A stretch of 64,000 nt of DNA from Nitrospirota bacterium. GTDB lineage: Bacteria > Nitrospirota > UBA9217. The notes beneath the pieces were generated by a model. It was not told the DNA's origin, searched no databases, and saw only the letters and a list, made by a program, of their open reading frames with translations. The DNA lies in the NCBI GenBank assembly GCA_963737155.1, contig CAVTRN010000002.1, forward strand, positions 2,048,001 through 2,112,000, in the 5' to 3' direction. Position 1 is the stretch's first letter; the number at the start of each line of letters is the position of its first letter. The position numbers and the translations under genes are program-made. Shown one piece after another: positions 1-11,075 of the stretch.

Positions 1-1060
1 GGAAACAGAGTGTAGGCCCCTGTTCGTTTCCCTCGGCTGTGTGATTGAAGACCACGTCCAGAATCACCTCGATGCCCGCCTCATGGAAGGCTCGGACCAT
101 TTCCTTGAATTCCAGCTTCTGCTGACCCACGCCTCCCGAACTGCTATAGGAAGCTTTGGTCGCAAAGAAGGCCACGGGATCGTAACCCCAGTAATTCCCG
201 AGTGGCTGGCCTGTTTGTGGATTAATTCCCGGCACCTGGTGTTCATTGAATTCCTGCACTGGCATCAGTTCCACGGCCGTTACCCCCAGTTCTTTGAAAT
301 AGGAGATCTTTTCCATGAGACCCCGGTATGTGCCGGGATGCTTCACACAGGAGTTGGGATGAATGGTGAAACCACGAACATGCGTTTCATAGATGATCGT
401 CTTCGACCAGGGATGCTTGGGAGGACGATCCTCATGCCAGTGAAAATGCTCCTGCGTGAACACGCATTTCGGCATGGCGCCGGCATTATCTATCATAGAA
501 CGCACCGAATCTCCGTCGGGCGCTGACGGATCGTATCCCCGTGCCGGGCCAAAATCCCAATCAGGCAATGGCGAGATCGCTGTCGCAAATGGGTCCAGGA
601 GTAGCTTGTTAAAATTGAAACGATGCCCATCCTTGGGTTGATACGGGCCGTCCACTCGATAGGCATACAGCTGGCCAGGCCGAATCCCCTTGACCCAGAC
701 GTGCCACACATCACCAGTGCGGTTGCACGTGGGGTCCAGATCAATCATCCTTGCGTTCGTGGCATCTTCGAGATTATTAAACAAGTCCAGCCGAACGCGA
801 CTGGCGTGTCGGCTGAAGAACGCAAAGTTTACTCCTTCGCCATGTGCATAGGTTCCCAGAGGCAATGGCACACCAACTCGAACATCGGTCCGCTCCGATA
901 CCTGAGTCACATAATCATGCAGAGTGCGTTCAGACGTGGTCAGCTCTGTGTTCGAGACCGCCTTTTCTGCGGCTTGGCATGATACGGACGACCTCGGACT
1001 TTTTGTGCGTTTCATTCTTTTCGGTTTTGTTGCCTTCTGCATTGTGTCCTTTTTCTTCAT
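1..1060 (-). CDS. glgX: Glycogen debranching enzyme (isoamylase), 5' part; runs off the window edge
   Basis: Not in the ORF track. Manual translation from ATG at 1060: MKKKDTM...GVPLPLGTYAHGEGVNFAFFSRHA...GQLYAYRVDGPYQP...KLLLDPFA...IIYETHVRGFT...GVTAVELMPVQEF...NYWGYDP...GIEVILDVVFNHTAEG, which are GH13 GlgX motifs. Confidence 0.93.
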   Translation of the reverse strand, partial: MKKKDTMQKATKPKRMKRTKSPRSSVSCQAAEKAVSNTELTTSERTLHDYVTQVSERTDVRVGVPLPLGTYAHGEGVNFAFFSRHASRVRLDLFNNLEDATNARMIDLDPTCNRTGDVWHVWVKGIRPGQLYAYRVDGPYQPKDGHRFNFNKLLLDPFATAISPLPDWDFGPARGYDPSAPDGDSVRSMIDNAGAMPKCVFTQEHFHWHEDRPPKHPWSKTIIYETHVRGFTIHPNSCVKHPGTYRGLMEKISYFKELGVTAVELMPVQEFNEHQVPGINPQTGQPLGNYWGYDPVAFFATKASYSSSGGVGQQKLEFKEMVRAFHEAGIEVILDVVFNHTAEGNEQGPTLCF

Positions 1061-1082
1061 TCTTTTACCGTGAGAAATCTAA

Positions 1083-3629
1083 TCACCGCTGCCACAGGAT
1101 ATGAGCGTCTTCCAGTGGGATCGCAACGCCGTCGTGGTGCGGTATGAGTCGCGCCGTATAGTCCGATGGTGGACGGGCCGCAGACACAGACACGCTGTAA
1201 ATGTACCCATCCGACGCACCCGACAGTTGTCGGACAAGTTTCATCTCCTGCCGCACTGGCCCGCCGCCGTTCACGCCGTCGGCATAAAGCTCTACACGCA
1301 CCGTCTTCGGGTCGAGATCATTAAGATATATCTGGACCTCGAATACATGCTGATTCCCGTTGGTCTCGATTTTCACTGCGCCGAAGTGGAGTATAGCCCA
1401 CTTTTGCTCTATTGTATGCCGCCAGTCAACCATCTGTCTGCCCTCGGCCCCATTATTTTCGGCTCGTTTGCGATAGTTTATAGCAGCAGGGAGGTAGTGT
1501 TGCTCGGTATATTCGCGCACAGCACGGTTGGCGGAGAAGCGCGGCGTCAATCGTGCCATGCTTTCCCGCATCCGCGCTACCCAGGCGGTGGGGATGCCCT
1601 TTTTGTCTCGGGTATAAAACTCAGGGATCACCTCCCGCTCGAGCCGCTCGTAAAGAGAGTCGGCTTCTACAGCATCCCAGGCGGAATCGTCGCCATGTTC
1701 CTTACCATCCCCCAACGCCCACCCTACTTCAGGGGTGTAGGCTTCCGCCCACCAACCATCCAATTCCGAAAGATTAATGCCGCCATTCACCAACACTTTC
1801 ATACCACTCGTTCCGCAGGCCTCCCAGGGCCGGCGCGGTGTGTTGATCCAGACATCTACCCCCTGCACCAGGTGCTCGGTCAAAAGCATGTCGTAGTCAC
1901 TGAGGAAGATCACATGGGGGCGCGCCTCGGGCCGTCGGATAAAATGGATCCATTCCTGAATCAGGATCTGCCCAGCCTGGTCTGCTGGATGGGCCTTGCC
2001 GGCGAGGATGAGTTGCACCGGGCGTCCTGGGTTGGTTAACAGACGAAGCAGCCGCTCCGGATCACGCAGCAGCAGGTTCGGTCTTTTGTAGGTGGCGAAG
2101 CGGCGCGCAAAGCCCAGTGTCAATGCGTTGGGATCAAATAGATGTTTCGCCTTGTCAACCGCCTCGGGTGGCGCGCCGGAGGCGGCCAGCTTCCGGGACA
2201 ATCGTTCGCGTGCGTATTCAACAAGAGACTTGCTGACAGCGGTACGAAATTGCCAGAGCCTGGCATCGGATATGCGACGAACGTCATGCTCCAGGGTTTC
2301 CGTTGCCCCATGCCAGCGGTCTTTTCCACAGGCTTCCGTCCAAAGATCGTCGGCCGGGGCCGAGTCCCAAGTCGGCATGTGGACTCCGTTCGTTACATGT
2401 CCGACCGGGATTTCTTCCTGCGGCCAGTGCGGAAAGAGAGGCTCGAAGAGGTGACGGCTCACCTTCCCGTGCAAGCGACTCACGCCGTTGACATCGCCAC
2501 TCCCGCGGATTGCCAGAAACGCCATGTTGAAACTTTCCGACGAGTCATCTTGGTCCCGGCGGCCCAATGCCAGCAAATCTTGGAGTGTTATACCGAGTTC
2601 CTGCTCGGCATAACCACCGAGGTATTGCTCGATGAGGGATGGAGAAAAACGGTCGAATCCGGCAGCAACTGCCGTGTGCGTGGTGAATAAGTTACCCGCT
2701 CGCGTGACAGCCAGTGCAACTTCGAACGGCTGCCCTGTCTCTTGCATGAAAGTGCGGGCACGTTCCAACACGGCGAAGGCCGCATGTCCTTCATTCAGGT
2801 GACAGACTTCCGGTTGGAGACCGAGCGCGCGGAGCAACCGCCACCCGCCTATCCCAAGCATAATCTCTTGTTGAAGCCGCAAATCCGGCCCGCCTCCGTA
2901 AAGCTCGCTGGTAATGCCTCGGTGAGCCGGGAGGTTAGCGAGGTCATTGCTGTCAAGCAGGTAAAGGCGCACCCGGCCGACCTGGACCTGCCAGGCGCGC
3001 AGCCAGACGGGATAGCCGGGCAAGTCGAACTTCAGCCGTAACCACTCTCCGTTCGCCTGACGCAACGGTGTAATGGGCAATTGGCCGGGATCGTTGTAGG
3101 GGAACAAAGCTTGCTGCGCTCCGTCCTTGTCGAGCACCTGCCGAAAATAGCCTTGCTGGTAGAGCAGCCCCACGCCGACCACCGGCACGCCAAGATCACT
3201 GGCCGATTTAAGCTGATCGCCGGCCACATTGCCTAGTCCGCCGGAGTAGATGGGCAGCGCTTCACTCACCATGAATTCCATGCTGAAATACGCGACACGG
3301 GTAAGGGGAGACTTCGAATGCTCTTGCTGAAACCACGCGGGGGTTTTTGCCGCCTGACGCCTGGCTTGCACGAGGTCATCGATTCTTTTGCGGAAAACAG
3401 GGTCGGCTGACACGCGCTGGAGTTGGTCCTGGGAAACCGTCTGCAGGACAGCCCATGGATTGTGCGTAAGATCCCACAAGTCGGGATCAAATTGCCGCCA
3501 TACTTCATCGGTAACATGATTCCACGACCAACGCATATCCAGGGCAAGCTCCGCCAGAGAATCGAATCCTTCGGCGTCCGTGGGTAAAAGACTGTAGATC
3601 GGCTTGCTGACAGGTGTTTGTTTGCTCAT
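1083..3629 (-). CDS. glgP: Alpha-glucan (glycogen) phosphorylase
   Basis: 848 aa; AYFSMEF, YSGGLGNVAGD, ARRFATYKR and the PLP-site EACGTSGMK motif. Confidence 0.96.
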   Translation of the reverse strand: MSKQTPVSKPIYSLLPTDAEGFDSLAELALDMRWSWNHVTDEVWRQFDPDLWDLTHNPWAVLQTVSQDQLQRVSADPVFRKRIDDLVQARRQAAKTPAWFQQEHSKSPLTRVAYFSMEFMVSEALPIYSGGLGNVAGDQLKSASDLGVPVVGVGLLYQQGYFRQVLDKDGAQQALFPYNDPGQLPITPLRQANGEWLRLKFDLPGYPVWLRAWQVQVGRVRLYLLDSNDLANLPAHRGITSELYGGGPDLRLQQEIMLGIGGWRLLRALGLQPEVCHLNEGHAAFAVLERARTFMQETGQPFEVALAVTRAGNLFTTHTAVAAGFDRFSPSLIEQYLGGYAEQELGITLQDLLALGRRDQDDSSESFNMAFLAIRGSGDVNGVSRLHGKVSRHLFEPLFPHWPQEEIPVGHVTNGVHMPTWDSAPADDLWTEACGKDRWHGATETLEHDVRRISDARLWQFRTAVSKSLVEYARERLSRKLAASGAPPEAVDKAKHLFDPNALTLGFARRFATYKRPNLLLRDPERLLRLLTNPGRPVQLILAGKAHPADQAGQILIQEWIHFIRRPEARPHVIFLSDYDMLLTEHLVQGVDVWINTPRRPWEACGTSGMKVLVNGGINLSELDGWWAEAYTPEVGWALGDGKEHGDDSAWDAVEADSLYERLEREVIPEFYTRDKKGIPTAWVARMRESMARLTPRFSANRAVREYTEQHYLPAAINYRKRAENNGAEGRQMVDWRHTIEQKWAILHFGAVKIETNGNQHVFEVQIYLNDLDPKTVRVELYADGVNGGGPVRQEMKLVRQLSGASDGYIYSVSVSAARPPSDYTARLIPHHDGVAIPLEDAHILWQR

Positions 3630-3687
3630 GGTATTTCCTCCAAAGCTCCTCCGCTTGCGCCTCGCATTCTTGTCCCTTTTTGCGAGT

Positions 3688-5382
3688 TCATGATTTCCCC
3701 TCCGAATTTATTTTGCTGGCAAGCCCTGACCGCTGTGTCGACACAGCCAAAGCATCTGTGACGATCGTCTGCGCTTCCTCCAAGATGTGGCGCAGATGGT
3801 CCTCTCCCCTGAAGCTCTCCGCATAAATCTTGTAGATATTCTCAGTTCCTGACGGACGAGCCGCGAACCATCCACTTTCCGATATTACTTTCAATCCGCC
3901 GATCGGAGCGCCGTTGCCCGGCGCGCGAGTGAGGACAGTCTTGATTTTTTCACCCGCCAGCTCGGTGAGCTTAACCTGCTGGGATGAGAGTTTCGCCAAT
4001 AGATCTTTTTGATCCGGAGTGGCTGGCGCCTCAATGCGGTCATAGACAGGCTCACCGAACTCACGCGTGAGTTCATGGTAGATTTCGCCCGGATCGCGGC
4101 CCATCCGGGCCGTGATCTCCGCCGCGAGCAAAGCCGGGACAATTCCATCTTTGTCCGTCGTCCAGACACTGCCGTCCAGACGGACAAAAGACGCACCTGC
4201 GCTCTCTTCGCCACAGAAGCCTAACGAGCCGTCGAGCAAGCCATCAACGAACCACTTGAAACCAACCGGCACCTCGTGGAGCTTCCGCCCCAGTTTGGCT
4301 GCTATCCGATCAATCATCTGGCTGCTCACCAACGTCTTACCGACCGCCGCATCCTTGCGCCACTTCGGCCGGTGCTGGAAGAGATAGAAGATAGCGACGG
4401 AAAGGTAATGGTTGGGCGGCAGCAATCCCGCACTTCGGGTGACGATTCCGTGCCGGTCATGGTCGGTGTCGCAAGCCCAGGCTATTTCGAAGCGATCCTT
4501 GATTTCAATCAACCTCTGCATCGCATAGGGCGAGGATGGGTCCATGCGGATCTGACCGTCCCAATCTACCGTCATGAAACGAAAGGTCGGATCGACTACC
4601 TCGTTCACGACGGTAAGGTTCAACCCGTAGCGCTCGGCAATCGGCTCCCAGTAGTGAACGCCGGCACCACCGAGTGGGTCGACACCCATACTGATTTTCA
4701 TGGCGCGGATGGCATCCATATCGATCACATTGGCGAGATCAGTAATGTAAGCATTGAGATAGTCGTGCCGGTGCGTCGTGGGGGCGCGAAGAGCCTTCTC
4801 GAAAGGAATCCTTTTCAGACTGCTAAGACCGTTTTCTAGAAACTCGTTTGCCTTCGCCTCGATCCAACTGGTAACGGCGGCTTCCGCCGGCCCGCCGTTT
4901 GGTGGATTATATTTGAATCCGCCATTATGCGGCGGATTGTGTGACGGCGTGATGACGATGCCGTCTGCGAGTCCGGTCTTGCGACCGCGATTGTATGTCA
5001 GAATCGCGTGGGAAATGACAGGAGTTGGGGTGTATTCATCGCCCTGTGCGATCATGACTTCCACCCCGTTTGCCGCCAGCACTTCAACCGCGCTGGCAAG
5101 AGCCGGCACAGAAAGGGCATGCGTGTCCATACCGAGAAACAGTGGGCCCTCGATCTTTTTTTGCTCCCGGTACAGGCAAATGGCCTGAGTGATGGCGAGA
5201 ATATGCCATTCATTGAAAGCTTTTTCGGATGCAGAACCACGATGTCCTGAAGTCCCGAAGGAAACCCGTTGCTCCGCCACTGAAGGATCTGGCACCTCGG
5301 TATAATAGGCCGTGATCAGTTTGGGCACGTTGACGAGCATCGATGGCTCGGCCGGCATTCCTGCAAAAGGGCTTATTGTCAT
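3688..5382 (-). CDS. pgm: Phosphoglucomutase (alpha-D-glucose phosphate-specific)
   Basis: 564 aa; FGTSGHRG, ITPSHNPP, DTDHDRHG, GEESAG, ARPSGTE. Confidence 0.96.
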   Translation of the reverse strand: MTISPFAGMPAEPSMLVNVPKLITAYYTEVPDPSVAEQRVSFGTSGHRGSASEKAFNEWHILAITQAICLYREQKKIEGPLFLGMDTHALSVPALASAVEVLAANGVEVMIAQGDEYTPTPVISHAILTYNRGRKTGLADGIVITPSHNPPHNGGFKYNPPNGGPAEAAVTSWIEAKANEFLENGLSSLKRIPFEKALRAPTTHRHDYLNAYITDLANVIDMDAIRAMKISMGVDPLGGAGVHYWEPIAERYGLNLTVVNEVVDPTFRFMTVDWDGQIRMDPSSPYAMQRLIEIKDRFEIAWACDTDHDRHGIVTRSAGLLPPNHYLSVAIFYLFQHRPKWRKDAAVGKTLVSSQMIDRIAAKLGRKLHEVPVGFKWFVDGLLDGSLGFCGEESAGASFVRLDGSVWTTDKDGIVPALLAAEITARMGRDPGEIYHELTREFGEPVYDRIEAPATPDQKDLLAKLSSQQVKLTELAGEKIKTVLTRAPGNGAPIGGLKVISESGWFAARPSGTENIYKIYAESFRGEDHLRHILEEAQTIVTDALAVSTQRSGLASKINSEGKS

Positions 5383-5459
5383 GGCTTTCTCTCCTCAAAT
5401 GTCGCGGCGATGTTGTCGCGATCAATAGTTTTCAAGCCCACTTATTCCCCCGAGCTATG

Positions 5460-5670
5460 CCCATAGGCACGACCGATCAACAAAACGAAGCGCTCACGAT
5501 TCGCCCGGTTAAACTCCTCCGGATCGTAGCAAAGAAAATGCAGCGACCTCTACCGGATCTGCACCCATCGGTGTACCAAGATGACCGAAGTGCGCCCTCT
5601 GAATGGCATAAATGAAAAGGGCGCGAATTGTATTAATGCAACGCTGGTCAAGTTGAACGTAGTTGATCAT
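5460..5670 (-). pseudogene. tkt: Transketolase N-terminal remnant (frameshifted, truncated)
   Basis: RBS GGAGAG and ATG at 5670; pieces in shifting frames read LDQRCINTIRALFIYAIQ / AHFGHLGTPMGADP / HFLCYDPEEFNRANRERFVLLIGRA, resembling the Tkt consensus CINTIR..DA.Q.A.SGHPG.PMG.AP...NRDRFVLS.GHA. Confidence 0.75.
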
Positions 5671-5699
5671 AGCTTCACTCTCCTGGAGAAGGTTGCCCG

Positions 5700-6101
5700 A
5701 CTAATAATCGTTTCCTCGATGGCCGGAAGTCCTCCAGGGGTATCAGGAATATTGATGATGAGGTTAGGTCGCTTCGCTCGCGCATATAGCTCGGTAGCCT
5801 CTTTGATACTTCTGGCAGAAATGTATGCAAGAAGCGGTGACATCTCTAATGACACCCAGCCGTCATCCCTGTCCGTTCCATCGCAGAACGACTTCTCTTC
5901 TTGTCCCTTTTGACGGATAGCATCGTTGTAGAACTCGGTATTTTTAATAGCGTGACCAAAGATCGTGGGGTTTGAGGTAAGTCCCGTCACCGAAAGTTCG
6001 GCGATATAATGGCGAAGAGTCCCCTTTGTCAGAAGCCCACGGGTAATGTTGTCGAGCCAAGGGCTCCGACCGAGATCATGCAGTCGTTGTGTCGCTTTCG
6101 T
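5700..6101 (-). pseudogene. tal: Transaldolase remnant
   Basis: RBS GGAGGA followed by ACG instead of ATG at 6101; KATQRLHDLGRSPWLDNITRGLL, a frameshift, then VTGLTSNPTIF...DGWVSLEMSPLLA...RPNLIINIPDT.GGLPAIEE; internal deletion and truncation; catalytic Lys of the IKIP motif appears as Asn. Confidence 0.85.
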
Positions 6102-6113
6102 AGTTCCTCCTGC

Positions 6114-6809
6114 CTATCGCGTGTGGTCGGCTTTGAAGTTTCCAAGCAGCACAGGTAAGCTGTAGTTGAGCAGATCGCCGATTCGCTCAATCGTGAGGTC
6201 AGCTGACGGATAGTTGACGATGGCCTTGGGGTCGAGCGCATAATGTCCCTGGCGCGGCCATACGGTAGTCAGCCGGTCCCCCCAGATCCTTTTCATCTCC
6301 GCCAGAATGCGCAGTTTGTCGTCAACCATGACATAATGCCGAGCCGGATAACTCCTCTCGACATCATCCAACATCTGTTCTTTGTGAATGTAGATCAGCA
6401 CCCGACCCTCGACAGCTTCACATAACCCCGATCGTTGAACTTTCCGCGGCTGAAATACTACATCACCGTCAGAAAGAATCACCGTTGGTCCCCATGCTTG
6501 AACGTGTTTAAGGACGTCCAGTGATTGCGGATACAACCTATCGGCAAACAGATAATCTACGAGGAATGATGACATTAGCAGGAGCCTATGATCGCACTGC
6601 TTTTCAAGCCGGTAACGCTGCAAAGCGCCCAAGTAATCCGTATAGCCGAGTTCGGTTCGCAGCTCTTCCAAAATGGTAAAATACCGGATTTTGCTTTCAG
6701 CCCCGAACTCGCTTTCGAGGTGGAACCGAAGGTCCATTTCCACCCGGTCGTTATCAAGCAACGTGTTGTCGACGTCGAACAGGAACACAATTTCATTAGA
6801 GGGTTTCAC
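6114..6809 (-). CDS. HAD-family hydrolase
   Basis: FLFDVDNTLLD motif I, ILSDGD, MVDDK; probable GTG start at 6809 after GGAGA (ORF track extends it to 6842). Confidence 0.85.
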   Translation of the reverse strand: MKPSNEIVFLFDVDNTLLDNDRVEMDLRFHLESEFGAESKIRYFTILEELRTELGYTDYLGALQRYRLEKQCDHRLLLMSSFLVDYLFADRLYPQSLDVLKHVQAWGPTVILSDGDVVFQPRKVQRSGLCEAVEGRVLIYIHKEQMLDDVERSYPARHYVMVDDKLRILAEMKRIWGDRLTTVWPRQGHYALDPKAIVNYPSADLTIERIGDLLNYSLPVLLGNFKADHTR

Positions 6810-7681
6810 GGCATTTCTCCGAATTATACTGCTGTTACACAATGACTTCTCGCCCTCTCATTCAGCCGGGATGCTCCTGTTTTATAGACGTTGTTGTTTG
6901 CTCATCACTATATTAAGATGATAATCCACTTATTGACGCGATTTTCCCCGGAACAACTTTTCCAATTACCTGTGCCCAGCTCAACGCAAATGCATTGCAT
7001 CTTCCTCATACAATCGCCTTAGAGTTGCATTTTCCCTGATTGAAACGCTGCCTCGCTACTCAACTTTTTTCAACTAAAACGGGGTACAAGCAGAAAGACA
7101 ACTTAAAATGGTTTCTTTAATCAGATTAGCATAACAATTCCCAAAGTCAATGTCCCCATCACCCATCGCTATTGGGGAGGCTCATTTAGCTGCTCAACGC
7201 TGTATACAAAAGCACTACGAGCAGGGCTACTGAAAAAGTGCGGGCTATGTCAATTAATAAATAGATTAGACCCTAACCATGACAAATGTTTTGCACACTT
7301 TGTTTGCTAGCTGGCCTGCATTTTATTTTTTATCTGATAGTTAATTTCACGTTTTATATTTGGCTCATCTTTTACGGTATTTTTGGATCGTTTTATAATA
7401 TCAGTTAGTAATAAGACACAGTTTCAGTCTTGGTACCATGAATCGATCTTTGACAGCTCGCCTTATCACTATGATCCAATAAGTCTGATCGTCGGTGACG
7501 CTGCTACGCCTGTGGCTCTCCATGCTGGAAGTGTCTATATTGTCAAGGCCTGCTTTTGATAAATCAAGTTCTTTATTGATTCTCTCCCCTTCGATCTTCT
7601 GGAATCTGAGTTATTGATCGGCCTTGATTACAGGATGTAATTAATACCACCTCAGCAAGATGATAGATAAACACCCGACAA

Positions 7682-7957
7682 ACAGCGTGGCTGAGCTTCT
7701 TCGATGTGAGTGATGTCGACGCAGCGAAAAGGGTTGCTTTGCAGAATGGTGCGAAGGTGCTCTTCGCGGACCCCCAAGGAGCCGTTTTTGCGGTCCTCGC
7801 TTCCAGCAGCGATGATCCGCCCGATGTTCTGGCTGCACCGAGATAATGGAATTGGAGCTCGTTAATCAAGAGCAATCCGGACACCGATGCTGCTTTCTAC
7901 CAGAAGCTATTCGATTACCAAGTATTCGAGTTGCCCGCTTCCGAAGGCGCCCCATAG
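7682..7957 (+). pseudogene. VOC/glyoxalase-family protein fragment
   Basis: AWLSFFDVSDVDAAKRVALQNGAKVL-FADPQGAVFAVL...APR*WNWSSLIKSNPDTDAAFYQKLFDYQV; in-frame TAA at 7844-7846, apparent internal deletion, no start codon. Confidence 0.7.
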
Positions 7958-8131
7958 AGTAAAACATTTGCACTAGAATGACAAATTTGTTGATCAGCAG
8001 CATGGGCATTAAAACTAGCTAATACTGATGTCAATGCTAAACTCAAAAAAACGAAATGTTAATTATTTTCTATGCGGTGACCCCTGTAGCAGGCTACATG
8101 GAATTGTAAGGTAAACTTACATCCCACGCTC

Positions 8132-10111
8132 CTAAATCTTCTTAAACACCACCATCCCCAGCGGCGGCAGGGTGAGTGAGAGAGACTGATAGCGTCCGTG
8201 CATGGGCACTGGGACAGCTTCGACGCCTCCGAAATTTCCACGGTCGCTCCCGCCATACTCCCGTGCGTCGCTGTTCAACAGTTCCCGCCAAAACCCGCCC
8301 AGGGGGACGCCGACGTGGTAGTCGTGTCGTGTCACCGGCGTAAAATTGCAGACGACCAGGATCGCATAGCCGGGGTTCCTGCCTTTTCTCAGAAAGCAAA
8401 CAACGCTGTTGTCGGCATCGGTAAAATCAACCCACTCGAATCCGGCGGGATCGAAGTCGAGTTCGAAGAGTGCCGATTCGCGCCGGTAGAGGATGTTCAG
8501 ATGCTGCACCCACCTCCGCAGTCCCTGGTGGGGCGCGAAATCGAGGAGATGCCAGTCCACGCTCCAATCGTGGTTCCATTCACGCCGCTGGCCGATCTCC
8601 CCACCCATGAAGAAAAGCTTCTTCCCCGGATGGGTGTAGAGGTAGCCCAAGAGCAGCCGCATGTTCGCGAACTTCTGCCAGTCGTCCCCCGGCATTTTGC
8701 CCATGAGGGACCCTTTTCCATGAACTACCTCGTCGTGGGACAGGGCGAGCATGAAGTTCTCGGTGAAGGCGTACCAGAGGCTGAACGTCAGCTGGCCCTG
8801 GTGGTACTTGCGGTTAATGGGTTCCCGTGAGAAATAGAAGAGCATGTCGTGCATCCACCCCATGTTCCACTTCATCCCGAATCCCAGACCGCCTGCGTAG
8901 ACCGGCCGGGAGACCATGGGCCAGGCTGTGGACTCCTCTGCAATGGTCTGCACGTCGGGGAAGACGCGGTATACCTCCTCATTCAACTTGCGCAGGAACG
9001 TGATGGCATCCAGGTTCTCCTTGCCGCCGTACTCGTTGGGGATCCACTCACCCTGTTTTCTACCGTAGTCGAGGTAGAGCATGGAAGCCACGGCATCGAT
9101 CCTGAGGCCATCGGCATGATAGCGGTCCAGCCAGAAGAGCGCGCTGCTCAAGAGAAAGGACCGCACCTCGCGCCTTCCGTAGTTGAAGATATAGGTGTTC
9201 CAGTCGGGGTGTAAGCCCTTGCGCGGGTCCGCATGTTCGTACAGGTGGGTCCCGTCGAAATAACCGAGACCGTGTTCGTCGCTCGGGAAATTGGACGGCA
9301 CCCAGTCGAGGATCACGCCGATGCCTTCCTGGTGTAGGCGGTCGATCAAATGCATGAAGTCCTGTGGCATGCCGTAGCGGCTCGTGGGCGCGAAGTATCC
9401 CGTTACCTGGTATCCCCAGGACCCGAAGAAGGGGTGTTCCATCACGGGCATGAACTCAACGTGGGTGAAGCCCGTGTCCTTGAGATAGGACGGGAGCCAC
9501 TCTGCCATTTCGCGGTAATTGAGCGACCGGTTCCCGTCCTCGGGCACCCGTCGCCAGGAGCCGAGGTGCATTTCGTATACGGCAATGGGCGCGTCCGGTG
9601 CATTTCTGGACTTTCTGGTCTGCATCCAGTCCTGGTCGTTCCACTCTTGCCTAAGGTCCCAGACCACAGACGCGGTCCCCGTCTTGTGCGACAGTTCCCA
9701 GGAAAAGGCATAGGGATCCCCCTTGTCCACGCGGTAGCCACCGAGCCGGGAAACAATGTGATACTTGTACAGGCTGCTGTTCCCGAGGCCCGGCACGAAC
9801 CCTTCCCATATCCCCGATTCGTCCCTCCGCGGTGCAAGCAGATGGGAGGCATTGTTCCAGCCGTTGAAGTCACCCATAACCGAAACCATCTCGGCATTCG
9901 GCGCCCATACCGCGAAGAGCACGCCCGCCTTGCCTTCGACGGTCATGAGATGAGACCCAAGACTTTCATATAACCGAGAGTGGCTACCTTCCTTAAAGAG
10001 GTAAATGTCGCGGTCCGCCAGCAAGGTCGGCCCGTGGATCACGGGGCCTTGAGGCTTCGTTGCGGCTGTTTGATCTTGCGGTGACAGATTTTTTTTCTCT
10101 TTTGCAGACAT
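8132..10111 (-). CDS. glgB: 1,4-alpha-glucan branching enzyme
   Basis: 659 aa; [50 protein letters not shown]. Confidence 0.97.
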   Translation of the reverse strand: MSAKEKKNLSPQDQTAATKPQGPVIHGPTLLADRDIYLFKEGSHSRLYESLGSHLMTVEGKAGVLFAVWAPNAEMVSVMGDFNGWNNASHLLAPRRDESGIWEGFVPGLGNSSLYKYHIVSRLGGYRVDKGDPYAFSWELSHKTGTASVVWDLRQEWNDQDWMQTRKSRNAPDAPIAVYEMHLGSWRRVPEDGNRSLNYREMAEWLPSYLKDTGFTHVEFMPVMEHPFFGSWGYQVTGYFAPTSRYGMPQDFMHLIDRLHQEGIGVILDWVPSNFPSDEHGLGYFDGTHLYEHADPRKGLHPDWNTYIFNYGRREVRSFLLSSALFWLDRYHADGLRIDAVASMLYLDYGRKQGEWIPNEYGGKENLDAITFLRKLNEEVYRVFPDVQTIAEESTAWPMVSRPVYAGGLGFGMKWNMGWMHDMLFYFSREPINRKYHQGQLTFSLWYAFTENFMLALSHDEVVHGKGSLMGKMPGDDWQKFANMRLLLGYLYTHPGKKLFFMGGEIGQRREWNHDWSVDWHLLDFAPHQGLRRWVQHLNILYRRESALFELDFDPAGFEWVDFTDADNSVVCFLRKGRNPGYAILVVCNFTPVTRHDYHVGVPLGGFWRELLNSDAREYGGSDRGNFGGVEAVPVPMHGRYQSLSLTLPPLGMVVFKKI

Positions 10112-11075
10112 GGATGTTCCCTCGCTTCTGCTTGCAAACAGGAATGCATGAACACTTTAACATCCACCGCGGAGAGCACCGAGTTCACCGAAAAGTTTCG
10201 TTGTGATAGTTGCTCAGCTTTTGAGTTTGCTTCTCAAACGTCGATTCTGCCCGGTCCGTTATTCTGAGCGTAGCGATGCATCTCTTTTTTTGCCATTGCC
10301 GGACTCTTCACGTTGCGCAGGGTGACAGCTAGGGATGCCTGCAGCAGCTTTTTTGTCATCCCGTATGACCAAACAACTCATGCGGCCCTCTGGCAGCAAT
10401 ATTTAAGCAGACCTCCGAACCTTTTTCGACATTGAATAAGATGATCGCGCTTTTGCTTCGATCGTGGAGAAGGAAAAGGCAACACATAACCTCTTCCTTG
10501 GTGGTCACGCTCTTGATGGTAATGTTGCTCTTGGAAGACCGCATGGATAAAAGGAGAAAAGTCGAAGGAGCGCCGCTGCCCTGGCGTGGCACCAACGTTC
10601 AAATTGAAAACCCTGCTGTTACAGAATGGTATCTGGGTTTGAAGCGATAACGAGGTGTTAGGGTCAGCCATTTTATTATGTAAGGATTTTTTGAGTGGAT
10701 ATGTGCGGTGGTTATTTGCCGGTTTTTTCATAGGTGAGTCTACCGCTTTCCTATTGAGTTGGAAGCCCCTGCAAGTGGTTGTGGATTCATCAGACCTTTG
10801 TATCCTAGCCACCCGAGACGACTTAACTTTTCTTACCACCATCAAGTGATTCTTCACGGATTGTACCGCCTTGATTTCCCTAATCGTTATTACAATCCGT
10901 TCCTCGACAGCGCTACTATTCACAAAACCCTGCAGAAACATCCCCATGTGTTCTCGTCGCGCGTAGTCGCGACCTCGGTGTTAAGGGCGTTGGTCAAACG
11001 ATGGAGAAGCAGTGCCATCTCCACTGGGCGGTAATGGAAGCGTCATCTTCATAGTTGGATAAACTTTTTGTCATC

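Noticed and set aside
41-1104. Plus-strand ORFs 41-526, 623-982 and 844-1104
   Set aside because: Antisense shadows of glgX on the minus strand; the same applies to most ORF-track entries overlapping long genes
10378-11034. Hydrophobic fragments possibly from a decayed YihY-like membrane gene
   Set aside because: Only vague similarity (RSWRRKR followed by hydrophobic stretches); no motif strong enough to call
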